A stretch of 64,000 nucleotides of DNA from Perkinsus chesapeaki ATCC PRA-425 (Eukaryota; Protista; Perkinsozoa). Positions 1 to 11,814 of the stretch are shown one piece after another (the first letter of the stretch is position 1; every line of letters begins with the position of its first letter). The notes beneath the pieces are model-generated. The model ran no database searches and was not told the origin of the DNA. It saw only the letters and a program-made list of their open reading frames with translations. The position numbers and the translations under genes were made by a program. The stretch spans positions 1 to 64,000 of the forward strand of contig JAAPAO010000129.1 of NCBI GenBank assembly GCA_013115145.1, read 5' to 3'.

Positions 1-220
1 TTAATGTATATCAGCATATCTCCGCGTTTGTTGACGTTCGACCCGTTTTCTGTATACGTTCGACCCCGCTAGCCAGTGTTTGGTAGAGGGAGGCATTATT
101 GATTATGCGCAGTTGAGAACTGTGGTGGGGTGTGGTAGCGGTATACTATCGGGCAAGGCATAAAGTCATGTTTGAGGTGTGGCTGATACTTGGCGCAAGT
201 TTTTGTTTTCCAAGGCATTG

Positions 221-2904
221 ATGAGCATCAGCAGCAGCGGTAGTGGTTCCAAAGACCCTTTTAATCGAGGGGTAGGTCCTCATTCTTCAACCGATGATGG
301 CGGAGACGGTATGGGCCCATTGGCTGGCATGGTAGTACGGGAAGGTCAGGTGGGCCATGGTACCACGAGCTCTTAGGCTACTATGAAGAATACATTTCTT
401 GAGTTCGGCACCCCAGCCCATGAGACCAGCTTCCGTCAGCGGTCCAAGACCCTTCCGGTGGTCCCGAATATGCAGGAGCTGCTCCAAGGGTCACTGGTGA
501 AAGGGGTGAGTAAGGGAAAGTAGCTGGTAGGATGTGATGGTTATAGGCCTTGGAATCGGGGACACATTGTGCAGCGTTTAATGAAGAAGATGAGGGTATG
601 AGCGATGATGATGACGACGACGATGACTTTATGGTAAGGTGTATGCCAACCACAGCTCATTACTCCTATCAGATCCGACCAGACCGGACACAAAGCAACG
701 CTTCCATGTAGGGTAATGGACGCGATCGGGCGATGCTTATCAGTAGGTCTCACGGTCCTGATGCTGCTGCTCTGATCGGCAGTAAGGCTCCTCCTCCTCG
801 GACTATTGGCTCCACCTCTCCAACCATCGACCAGCTTATTGCCATGCAACTATTGGCTACTCTTCAAACTCAACAGCTTCAGCAAGGCTACTCCGGGGCA
901 CAATTCGGCCTCGGATGCAGCAATCATTTCTGTCGGAGAGGTCGGCATTCCTCCGTAGGCGGCCATCCTACTGCTGCTCCTTCCGAGGCCCGTCACTCCT
1001 CCTAGGGTGGGGCTGGGTGCTGCGTTGACTCGGATGACGATGACTTTTCGGCAGCATCTGAGGCTTCTTCGTCTCATGAGGGAATAGGCGGTAAGGAGTA
1101 TACTTTAGTGGACCTTGATAAGGAGGTAAGGCCTACCATCGACGGTTACCGCGGCCAAACGGTTATGACAGATCACTATATCACCTCGGGGGCACCGTCG
1201 AGGGTATGGTCAGCAGGCACCTTTGGTGGTGACTCCTAGTAGGATTAAGAGTAAGCGGTAATGGTTGGGTGGCCTACGGATGGCTGGGTGTAGGTGGAGC
1301 CGGTGGGGATACGTCAGCTGCTGCTGCTGTTGATGATGATGTGAATAAGACCACAGTGATGTTACGTAACATTCCCAATAAGTAAGGGTGATGAAGAGGC
1401 TGTTGTGAGGCTAGTGATGAGGATGCATGGAGGTACACTCAGAAGATACTACTCAATGCCATTGATGGTCGAGGATTCGAGGGCACCTATGACTTCTTTT
1501 ATCTTCCAATTGATTTCCGAAACCGTTGCAACCTCGGGTGGGCTAAAGGCGGACGGGCGAGGGCAACGTACTGGCTCCGACTTCAGATACGCATTTCTCA
1601 ATTTCACATCACACGAGTCGGCTGTTGCCTTCACTCGCTCCTTTAACGGTTACTCTCTTCCTGCTTTCAAGTCCACTAAGGTTTGCGAGGTAGTCAGTCC
1701 TCCTCCTCCTCCTCCTGCTGCTGCACCCACCGTCACTTTAAACCCTTCCTGCTGCCTGGTCAGGTATGTTGGGCCAGAGTGCAGGGGCTAGAGGCTAACG
1801 TGGACCATTACCGCAACTCACCTGTCAACGAAATGCCTCATAATGAGTATAAGCCAATGCTGTTTGTCGAAGGTAAGGGAAGCAGCAGCTGCAGGCTAGT
1901 GTGCTCTGGTAAGGACTACGGTATTATCAGGGCACCCAGTGGAGTTCCCACGACCCCTGTCTGAAGGGGGTGACCAGAGGCCCCCCTTGGTGGTGCATCA
2001 GACGCCTCAACATACAGGAGGGTAAGCGGAAGCAGTGTTGGTGACGTCATGGTCATTGGTAACCTTCAGAGGCATACTACAACCGCCTCCACCAAAGCAC
2101 ATTCAGCACGGTAAGGCGGCAGGAGTTGCTGGGGGGATGTGGTCGGCTCTCGTCAGATGGTACTGCGGGGGGCTCAGCTGGCAGCTCAGCATCTTCGATG
2201 ATACGAAAAAATAAGATATTCATTGGAGGTCTGTCGGTCACCAGCACTAGTGAGGCGATACGGCAGCACTTTATGCAGTGGGGCCGAGTGACAGAGGCCG
2301 CAGTCATCACCGATAAGAAGACTGGTACGTGTCAGACAGCCCTGTCTGTCTCTCTCTTACTAGTCCTCTCAGGCCAATCTCGTGGCTTTGGTTTCTGTAC
2401 GTATGCCCATGATGTGCCCGATGAAGTGTTGACAGCTGAGCATTGGGTTGATGGTCGTAACATCGGTGTGAGAATATACGCAAGTGGGCCTCCTGCTGCA
2501 TCATCATCATCATCACAGTCAACTGGTAAGTCGGCCAATATGGAACTTTCGAAAGAGTATAGAATAAGCCCTTTTCGCGAGGCAGTTTCCCGTCACTCCA
2601 AAGTCCCAGGTTCAGCGCCTTTTATGACCCTGTCATTCGTGTTTTCGACCCAATCATAAAATTTTGTCAACGTCTTCTTTCAGGTGGACCATCTTCCCGA
2701 GTTCATCCCGACTTTGGTTTCGTCCATGCCCCTCCTCCCCCACATGTAAGAATGAGATGCATACCCACTGCTACTGCATTTTAGAGCTCCACTATTTCCT
2801 CCTCCTCTTCTTCGGCATCGACTCGAGATTACCTCACTTTACTCTCCAAGCATCATCAACACCACCATCGAGGGCGGCAGCAGCAGCTTGTCTCACCACA
2901 CTAA
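221..2904 (+). CDS. Mei2-like RNA-binding protein (Mei2 RRM3 plus a C-terminal hnRNP A/Musashi-type RRM), multi-exon
   Basis: Spliced translation gives KTTVMLRNIPNK|YTQKILLNAIDGRGFEGTYDFFYLPIDFRNRCNLG|YAFLNF...KSTKVCE|VCWARVQGLEANVDHYRNSPVNEMPHNEYKPMLF, the Mei2 RRM3 signature. A second RRM follows: KIFIGGL...DKKTG|QSRGFGFCTY. Start and end are approximate. Confidence 0.88.
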
Positions 2905-3289
2905 GTATTCTAAAGTTGCATCCCTTATTATTATCGATCACGTATTATCTTCTAAACGGCGATCACGTCAGTCCGTGCGCCGCCCCATTGCTTGGTTATC
3001 ATTATAATACCGTAGTACATCGATGAAGTAATCGTCGGTGGTCTGCTGCTGCTCTAATGGCTCTATTTCCAATGTCTCACAGTTTCGTTTTATAGTTAAC
3101 ACAACAAAAGGCGATAATCAAGTTGATAAATTAACGTTCGAATCCAACATATCTGACATGTCCGCCGTGGCTTGATCGGGATACTCTACCTACTTACCGT
3201 GATTGGCCTGATAACCTCTCCTGAGCTCCGGTTAGTCTGGGAGCTAGCTGTTTGGCGCATTCAGGGCTCAACATCTCCACACGCGTTAC

Positions 3290-4038
3290 AGCTTCTGGTA
3301 AACTAGGATGAGTTAGTTCTGTTGGAAAATGATATTGAATATTAAGCCAACGGATGATTTACCTCCTTCTTCTGGGAACAGGTGTGCCTTGGATGTGCCA
3401 TAGGGTTGTAAACCCTCCATCACTGAGAAGCTTCGTGGGTAGTCAGCTCGCAGCCTGCTCATCCTTAACGGGTGGACCTTCGATTCTCCTTCAGAGGCGC
3501 ATGCTGCTTTCCACGGTGCCCGCATAGCCTGTAGGGGAACTCTACCGACCGGCTTTCACTTGGTGAATAACCTTTCGACCAGCTCTAGTGAGTACAAGTG
3601 GTTTCGTAGGAGTTAAGCCTAGATAGGCCACATCATAGCGAGGAAAGCTCAGCTCATACAGTGTCTCATCGCCGAATAAACTACACTTCAGTTGCCTGAT
3701 TGATATTATTTACAAAACCTTTTTTTGGTCCCTTACGATGAAGAGGATGTCGTTGAGGCTTGCGGAGGGGGTACAGCATCAGTGCAGAAGGTTGTCTGTC
3801 CGCCCTATCATGGGTTTGCTCTACCTATCAAGCTCCATCGCTGCCTACCTCGTGTCCTCCTGCTCTATTTCTGGCTATGTTTTTGATAAGACCCTCACTG
3901 AAGAAGTGATATCTATTACACGGTATCGCTTAGCATGCGTTTAGACTGAGGAGCGCACTTGTCAACTTTCAAGAGGCCTTCATCGTCCTTAAAAGATTTC
4001 CTCTTTTCCTGGCTCCTTCTTTTTGCACTGTGTGACAT
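3290..4038 (-). CDS. Hypothetical protein, multi-exon
   Basis: GT-AG splicing joins an open frame: MSHSAKRRSQEKRKSFKDDEGLLKVDK|YHFFSEGLIKNIARNRAGGHE|...|SLFGDETLYELSFPRYDVAYLGLTPTKPLVLTRAGRKVIHQ|AMRAPWK... No recognisable domain; 3' end uncertain. Confidence 0.45.
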
Positions 4039-4136
4039 TTGTACACCTCCAGCATAACTTTATAAATTGACCACCACAACACAGTAATGTTTGAACAACA
4101 GCTACGCACAAGCGCATGAGGATGCCGCATCAAGCT

Positions 4137-5283
4137 TCATGCTGAACGATAACGCTTGCCCGAAGACTTGAGTAGTTCTTCAAGTCGAGCCGCCGCCTCG
4201 CTCAAATCACGCTCGAGGGACTTCTTCAATGCTTGAATCCGTCGAATGGCTCCTAGCAACAATCGAGTTCACCATCGCCGCCAGCTTGAGCATACCCTTC
4301 TCTTGTACGACTGCAGTCGCTAGCCTCTCATCTACCTCACCCGCCTCGGTGGTAATCAGATCTTGCAGCGCCTCTATAGAGTCCCAGTCCGAGTCTAACA
4401 GAATCAAGTGCCCCCTGCGGAGGGGTGTCGGCTTCACCAATGCTGTCTGTTGTTCCCCGAATATGTCGAATTATTAATGGAACGCCTCCGCGATCCACGA
4501 ACTCGTATCGGTACCTAAGCCGCGGCTCCAGCAGCAGGTGCCAGGAGATGTAGTTACCGAGAAGAAAGACGATAGATGTTTGAAGCCAGACTGAAGGCTG
4601 TGGAGCGTACACCTTCGACGTGACTGCCCATGAACGGAAACAATAGTGGGAATAGACCGTGCTAAGGGATGACCATCAGCCGTATGCTAACTATAGCCTT
4701 CTTCGTACCCGATACATATCTTGACAATTTACTGGGGAGTCAATGGCAAGATAACTCAGAGCTACTAGTCCGCAGTCGATCCGATCCTTCGTTGATTCGG
4801 GTGACCTGCGCATCTTTTTTACAACTGTTAGCGCATAAATGCAGACCTGACGAAGTCGACGAGTGTGGCGATGCCGCCAGCTAGTCGAACTCTTTCTTTT
4901 GCTTCTTGTGCAACATCGTCCCCTTCAGAGTATGCAGCAATAGCAATTCTAGTGCCTATATGAATAGGCATCATCAACCGTTAGAGCATGAGTGGCGGCT
5001 ACCAGCAATGACGCCTATCGTTCGTGGGTTATCCGCCCATGCATGGTGGGCCCCATAATCCTCTGGCATGATGTATGGCTCAAGAGAGCCTAGTAGCTCG
5101 ACTAAGACCTCATAATCGCGATTCTGACTCGCTAGGACAAATCTGTTCCGGACTGTTTGACAGGATGTAAAGGATGCTACATGCTCACTTGTGATAGTCG
5201 GTGGTCCCTAGACCGTACTGTTCAAGAATGCTTTTGGCTTTGTAACGGGTGTATTCACGATCAAAGCAACAATTATTGCCCAT
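4137..5283 (-). CDS. ARO: Armadillo-repeats-only (ARO) protein homologue, 8 exons
   Basis: Assembled protein: MGNNCCFDREYTRYKAKSILEQYG...HHAWADNPRTIGVIAGTRIAIAA...KERVRLAGGIATLVDFVRS...DRIDCGLVALSYLAIDSPVNC...RYEFVDRGGVPLII...IEALQDLI...ERDLSEAAARLEELL. This is colinear with apicomplexan ARO as I recall it (MGN.CC acylation motif; HPWAADPKTIGAL; DRVHAAVVALSFL). All seven introns are GT-AG and preserve frame. Confidence 0.9.
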
Positions 5284-5774
5284 TCATGTAAAGGGGCGGT
5301 GAAGAGGAAGTGCAAATACAAAAACGCTGCAAGCGATGATACACAAATCGCTACAATTTCAACGTAGTCATCGACGAGGATAAGAAATACACACTGCCCT
5401 GAATCGCAATGGAGATGACACCACTCCGGTTAGCCGACAGATGGATCGGTATTATACAGTCCCTTGTTGAAGACTAAATCAGTGTCGACTTGTCTTAGGG
5501 TGTTCACCCACTGCTTAACATTCAAGTAGTATTTAACTAGTGCATCAGTACGAAAGACTAATATAAAAACCTACTCCGCATATTGGAGCTCAGATGAATT
5601 GGGTAAATATATCATCACATGCATATTCAATACAGTTCATCAAGTGCCAACGAATCCATCGCAGCACACATCATAGCTAAAATCGATCAGTCGGGCGAGC
5701 GCTTTTTACATAGAGGGCCGCTGTACACCTATCGATCGTTCTCTTCTACAAGAGTGCTTCCTAGCCTATCCGCC

Positions 5775-6213
5775 ATGGATTCCAACCAACCCAAGCTTGC
5801 TAAGGTCGAGAAGGTCATCGGACGTACCGGTTCCCGTGGTGGCGTTACTCAGGTAATTGTCGTTGTCATTATTGGCTGGTTTTCGCCATGTAGATTAATA
5901 CTTGACTTGAGCACTGCTATTGCTTTAATGTGATGATTAATATTTCGCCCCTATCTGAGCTCCGGTAATGCGGAGAACATACCACTTATTAGTCTTCTTG
6001 ACTGATTAAAGCAACATCAGCTTAGTTATTCCTTTTTTCCTGTTACCTTTGCCTTTCCCTTATATCGTATTTTAGGTGCGCGTTCAGTTCATGGTTGAGA
6101 CTGCTCCCGAGCTCGCCGGCCGTTCCCTTGTCCGTAATGTGAAGGGCCCCGTCCGTCAGGGTGATATCCTTGCTTTGCTCGAAACTGAGCGTGAGGCCCG
6201 CAGGCTTCGATAA
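5775..6213 (+). CDS. RPS28: 40S ribosomal protein S28 (eS28), 2 exons (5775-5852, 6076-6213)
   Basis: [26 protein letters not shown]|[45 protein letters not shown], with the canonical eS28 motifs. Confidence 0.97.
5922..6012 (+). ncRNA. Intronic box C/D snoRNA guiding LSU rRNA 2'-O-methylation
   Basis: A perfect 7-bp terminal stem (GCTTTAA/TTAAAGC) flanks box C GTGATGA (5930-5936) and box D CTGA (6002-6005). Box D' CTGA lies at 5955-5958, preceded by TTTCGCCCCTAT, which is complementary to the conserved LSU sequence AUAGGGGCGAAA. Confidence 0.85.
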
Positions 6214-6614
6214 GTTTCGTCAACCACCATCACAGTTACTGGATGGGTCCGGAAGATTAATCACTCTTGGTTGAACGATAACACTGTGTAGTTGCGTTGT
6301 ATTGCATTCAACATGGGGAGGGGTGGATGGTGGTTATTAGGATGACACCGTTGCTTTGACTTTATACTCAACTTAGGATACTATTAACAGACAACGTGTT
6401 GGTAAAGTCATGAATAAACATCCCAAAGGGGTTTGACATGATGATGATGCCTTTCAATAATACATTATCGTGTGCGTAACTGATGGCTTGGATATGACAC
6501 TATATCTATGCTTGATCTGGTAGACTTGTGATACCCTCCTCCACGTCTGTTACTTCCCCCTCGAGGTCTGAGCAATAACACCATTCCAGCCGCCAGCAGC
6601 CGAGGTCATGGGTA

Positions 6615-8134
6615 CTAACCCGTATCCTCCAGCGTCGTCATAATTACGGATATCTCGTGAATCGTGACTGCTGTATCGTCGTTGTACTGCAGGAGATCCA
6701 CCTGACACTCAAGCCGTGTAGTCCTCTGCTTTATGATGTTATTACGTCCACCACCACTAGTGATGGTGTATGCTCTAGCACCGTAAGCCGCCGGGTTGGA
6801 GCCACCCATCCTATCCATTCCTAACAACAACGACAGCCCAGTCCTATTTAACCGTCGTATAGGAGTGCATCACTTGTAGGGGATGGGAGCCTCCCATCAT
6901 AGGATGACCCACGCTGCTGCAGTCTCCTCGCTTGGCACGAGCACTCTGCTCCAGGACAGTTCCTAAGTGGCATCACCAAAGCCAGGCCATCTGGTCGAGC
7001 GTACTTCTCCGTGAGTGGCCGGGATGCTGGTGATGGTGGTGGCTTGCCTATAGTAGCCTGCGGTATCCTTGGTAATGTAACAGCTTGTGCTGTTGTTGTT
7101 GCTGCCATTGTTGTTGTATCCAGCTTGCTCATGTGTACTATAGTGCATGGTGGCCTGCTACTGCTGGTCTGAGAAGAGGCCACTGATCGGAGTAGGTACA
7201 CGTTGGTGTGACAGCCTACCTGTGAGCAGCTGTTACTACATACCAATCGAAGATCAAGATCTGCATCATGGCTGAGAAGATCCCTCAGCCTTAAATGTAG
7301 CAGCTCATGCTCGTTGATGAGTTGTATAATATTAGGGCACTGATGAGCAAGCATACAGCCCTCCACCACCACAGCAGCAGCAGCAGCAGCTTCCCACCTC
7401 TCTGAACTTAACGCTCTTCACACGTTTGTTGTGCTCAATGAGCCTTAGACAGGCCTGCCGCTCTATTGGACCATCACCCAGAGACACCACACCACCCACA
7501 GCTGGTGTGCAGCATTCTCTGACACAAGTCCTATCCTTACCTCCCTTGATGCCCATATTCCTACCGATTGAAAGCATCCACCTTCCAAGTGGTCATAAGA
7601 GCATTAAAGGGCCTGGCATGAATGGGGACACTTCGGACAAAGGGAAGTAAGGATGGCATAAACTGCTGGCAGGAAGCCTCCACCCATCCAGGAGCTGCAT
7701 TTGTTATTATCATCAACTGAATCCAGCAGTAGTTCTACAGCCTCGTTAGGGCTTCCCCTACCTGACCGTAGCTGGCTGCTATGTTAATGGTTGTCATTAC
7801 AACATCGCATAGGGTAGAAAGTAGCCTGGCTTGAGCTGAGCACACACTATTGAACGCGGTCATCCTCTATCCAGCCGATCATACCCGGTCTCATCCTCAA
7901 GTTGCCAATCTGTAGTAACCGTTGCCTTTCCAGCCAAGATGTCGGTAATATAGTATCATCCCAATCAAACACTATAATGCTCCTGTTGGGACCGCCGCGG
8001 ACCTTCTTCTCTGGTGTACCCTGCTGCTGCTGGGTTACACTTGGCAGCTGTGGAGATCGTGAAGGTTCTGGAGTAGCCTGCTGAGTGTGAGCATTGTGTA
8101 CTAGCCTTGGTGTATTGACCCTTACCCTATCATA
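6615..8134 (-). CDS. HAD-like protein of the 'IFDWDDT' family, multi-exon
   Basis: Motifs in order: SIIVFDWDDTILPTSWL, IITNAAPGWVEASCQQFMP, VVSLGDGPIERQAC, VKSVKF, EHELLHLRLRDLLSHDADLDL. Gene ends are approximate. Confidence 0.75.
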
Positions 8135-8419
8135 ACTGCTAGCTCCCTCCCCTACTAGCCTCCGATATGGCGGCTCTGAGAGTTAAGAAAATTAAGGGTT
8201 AATAATATTGTACGGCTACCCCTTAAGTTGGACTCGTGTTGTGATGGCCGAGATAAATTGCCATAAGGAGGGTTGTAAGGCATACAAACAACACGACAAT
8301 GACGACTACAGCTCAATAATAATTATACCACATTTCCTTCGCATCGTAACCGCGCAACACCGTGCTCGCGTATAATAGAAACAGTTGTGGTAAATACGTT
8401 GGTGAACTTCTACAGTACA

Positions 8420-11315
8420 TTATTTTTTAGAGGAACGGCGTCTCTTTTTTGCCCTCCCGAGAAGCTTCATGCCATCAGCCTTCAAATCCACAGCAGCGGC
8501 AGCCTCTCCTTCGTCCGCTGCTGGGCCCAAGCGCTTGTCTAAGTTGCTGACCTTGGACTTGGATATGCCACTAGTTGGCTTCCTTGATCGCTTCCTCATC
8601 TGTTTTTTCCTCTCTATACGTGCATCCATGAGTTGACTCATAGCCTTCGTCTTCTTAAACTCTGGATGAGTAGGATCAATTGCAAAGGCAGTGTCTTCGA
8701 ACATCTTCGTGAATCGTGGATCATTTACATTAACCTAACCAACACCAGCAACAGTGCCTCAATTATACCTCAACACCGAACTGCTGGCCAACACCGAATA
8801 CGCCATTGGCATAGTGCCTCCCCCTATTCCCTCCTGAGTACCTCCATATCCTTAGCCTTGGCCTCCGGGCCCTCCTCGGACTCCTTATGGCCAGTAATGA
8901 GCTCCAACTCCTCCTTCTGTCGTCCAGCCTCAGCTTTAGTTGCCTTGGCATCCTCATCCTCAGCAGCCATCTACGATCATGTAATAGCCTCCCACAGTGA
9001 CATCATACCCTAGCCTGTAGTCTCTTCTCTCTTTTAACCTTATCCTTCTGTTTCCTCTTATCCAGGTATTGCTCCCAAGGGCTCTTCTTCTCTGCAGCCG
9101 CTAGGCCAGCACGCCCGAGCTGCCCACTCTCCTTTAAGGCTGATGCTCGAGCCTCAACCTCCTCCGCCATAGCCTGGGTTGATGTATTGAATTTGAAGGT
9201 CATTTCACCTGAAGCCATAAGCCTATCCATACCCACCCCTTCGCAGCACCTATACCAGCAAGAGAGTCCCCTTCTTCTTTGCCCTTTTCCTCCTCCTCCT
9301 TATCGTCATCCTCACTGAGCTCCCCTCCTAGTAGCTGCTTTCGATAGTCCTCTACATTATCCTCATTAATGTCGGACTCCTCATCAGAAGATGAAGCCAA
9401 GTAACTAAAGCACCTCAACCAGGGCGCAGTGGGCCGTTATTACGCATCCAGATCAATCTCAGCGATATCTTCAGGAGTGAGCTTCTTAGATAGAAACCTC
9501 CTCTCTGGGGCAGGCTCATCCCAGGAACACTTGGCGTTGGTATGAGACTGTGCTTGCTGGTTATCATCTACATACACAATCAAATATGCTCCAAGATGCT
9601 GGTATACCCGGAATTTTACCAGGGCAACTACCTGAACCCCGCAGCGATACCCCAATACTGGCTAAATTCAAGCGACCTGGTCGAAGGGGTGCTGCGTAGG
9701 AAGAAGAATATGCTACCAGATTTCCGTCAGATCACAATCGACTTGATACTATTGAAATTGATAATGACTTCTACATTTAAATATTTGGCACCCCTCCATA
9801 TTAGTACTGTTAGTCTTCTGATACTTCTTAGGCATCTCGGTACATGTGCTAGTGGGAGGATGAGGAAACTCTTCCAACTCATCAGGTACAAACCGCAAAT
9901 CCATCATCATCGAACAGAATGAAGCTCCGATACCATCCAGCTCTAAACTCATATAAGATGGCACCATAACCCCCTACAGCCCAGACTACCATTGTAGACG
10001 AGATCGCCAGTCTCCCTGCTATCAAACTCCGCTATAGCATAGTAGTACTTTGTTCGCTGCCTTTGATACCTGGGCTCATACCGCTCTCTCCTCTAAGCGC
10101 CAAGAATTCCTCCATTACTTCCTCAAAGCTAGCTGCGCCAAATGTGCCTTGGGGTCCTGTATTTCCTTTTCCTTCTTAAGCCTCTCTGCTTCCATATCAG
10201 GCTCTTCATCAGTATCACTGGCACTGGACTCCCCAGCATCCAACTGAACCGACTCTCCCCCAAGCCGCTTTACAGGACCACTGTCTCACATCCTCTACAT
10301 CCGAATCCAACACCGGTCCTCGAACCTTCTCAATTTCCAACCTCTTCAAGCCGTAATCAGACGGGAATATCTATTAACCGTTTCATGATCCCAGAACCCC
10401 CTTGCCTCCAGTAGTACTACCCGAACACGCTTCACCTTACGCGTGGCTCCACCACCCACACTCTTCTGAGTTGAATCCAGGAAGGTTTGGAACATTACAA
10501 AGATATCAGACGCCTCGGCCTCATCCCAGTTCAACCCCAACACCTGTAGGCTTATTACTACTCACAATGGTGGTTACCGCTGCCCTACTGCAACTCTGCT
10601 AGTAGCATCTCCCTGGAGCTTTTTTGACTCGTCATCGTCACCGTATGACCATACATTGGCCTTCTCAGCCTCATCACTAAGAGCGACCAGGGGCACTCCT
10701 TGAGCTCATATAAGCCTATATTTCCTACTTGTATTTATCCCATTCGACCTCACTAGCATCTTCCTCATCCGAACCTTAACAAAGACACCTCAATACAGCC
10801 CTTCACGCATCTACAACGGTTCCAGAAACCCTACTAGTGGTATATCCTGGCTTCCCCTGATCCCCTCACCGACCCTAGCCTTCCCCTATACTACTTGCTC
10901 CTTCACTATCACTAGACACTTCGTTCCATACAAACCCACTGCCAGTAACCCCTTGCTGTTCATCCTCGTCCTCATCCTCACTTTCCAAGTCCTTCTTCTT
11001 GCCAGCAGCATAGAACCGTTTCATGTCACCACCAGATGAGAACTATACATCATTTCCGAGGTGGCCCTCGACGACCCTACTACCTTCTTATCAGTGAGGA
11101 CTTTCGAGAATCTATCATCCAGTTCAACCTTGCGCACTGCCAATGGCACTTTATTAAACCGTGCCGCGTCCATCACGAACCTGCCATAACTATTTCCTTT
11201 ACCGTGGCCTCCCTACTACATACCTCTCATCCTCCTCAACAGGCTTACTAGGAGAGGCATCACTCGGCTGAGCCGCCTTCTTCTTGAGATTTGATTTCTT
11301 TTTCAATGGGGCCAT
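8420..11315 (-). CDS. ESF1: Pre-rRNA processing protein ESF1 homologue, multi-exon
   Basis: Acidic/lysine-rich protein with the ESF1 RRM-like segment (LNWDEAEASDIFVMFQTFL...VKRVRV), KCSWDEPAPERR, KFTP-type SPWEQYLDKRK, and a C-terminal NUC153 motif (FEDTAFAIDPTHPEFKKTKAM). Confidence 0.85.
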
Positions 11316-11814
11316 GTTGGAAAGGCACAGTAATATTCCGCTCTCGTGGAACGTCATTTGCGCGCGCCATTCTAATCGATATTTAGCGCATGTTGGTGAT
11401 GCTCAGTCCATGGTTACTTTGGTTTGATAATGTCAACGTTCGATGCCAATCGTATGGTTAAGGACTTCGATAAGACGGCAAATGATGTTGCTGGTAATAG
11501 CAATCGGGTTGGGGACAGCAACGGCACAAGGCTTGTGCAGTAACGTAGTTCCAGTGCGGTGGACCGCGTGGCAGTGGTATAGCCCTACTAACACTACTGT
11601 CGCAGTAGTTTGATATTGCCGATACTTTAATATTTTAAATGTTTACTGACTGGCTAATGGAGCTTCGTATTGGAAAGTCTCGGTTCGCTGGGTTGTTGTT
11701 GTTGTTGAGAATGCATGCCCCCGCTTAATGTGTCTTCAACTCAAAAAAGGGTCACTGGTTCCATATTTAGCCGTTAAACAGAGACTGGGGGGTATATTAA
11801 ACAAACTAACAGCA

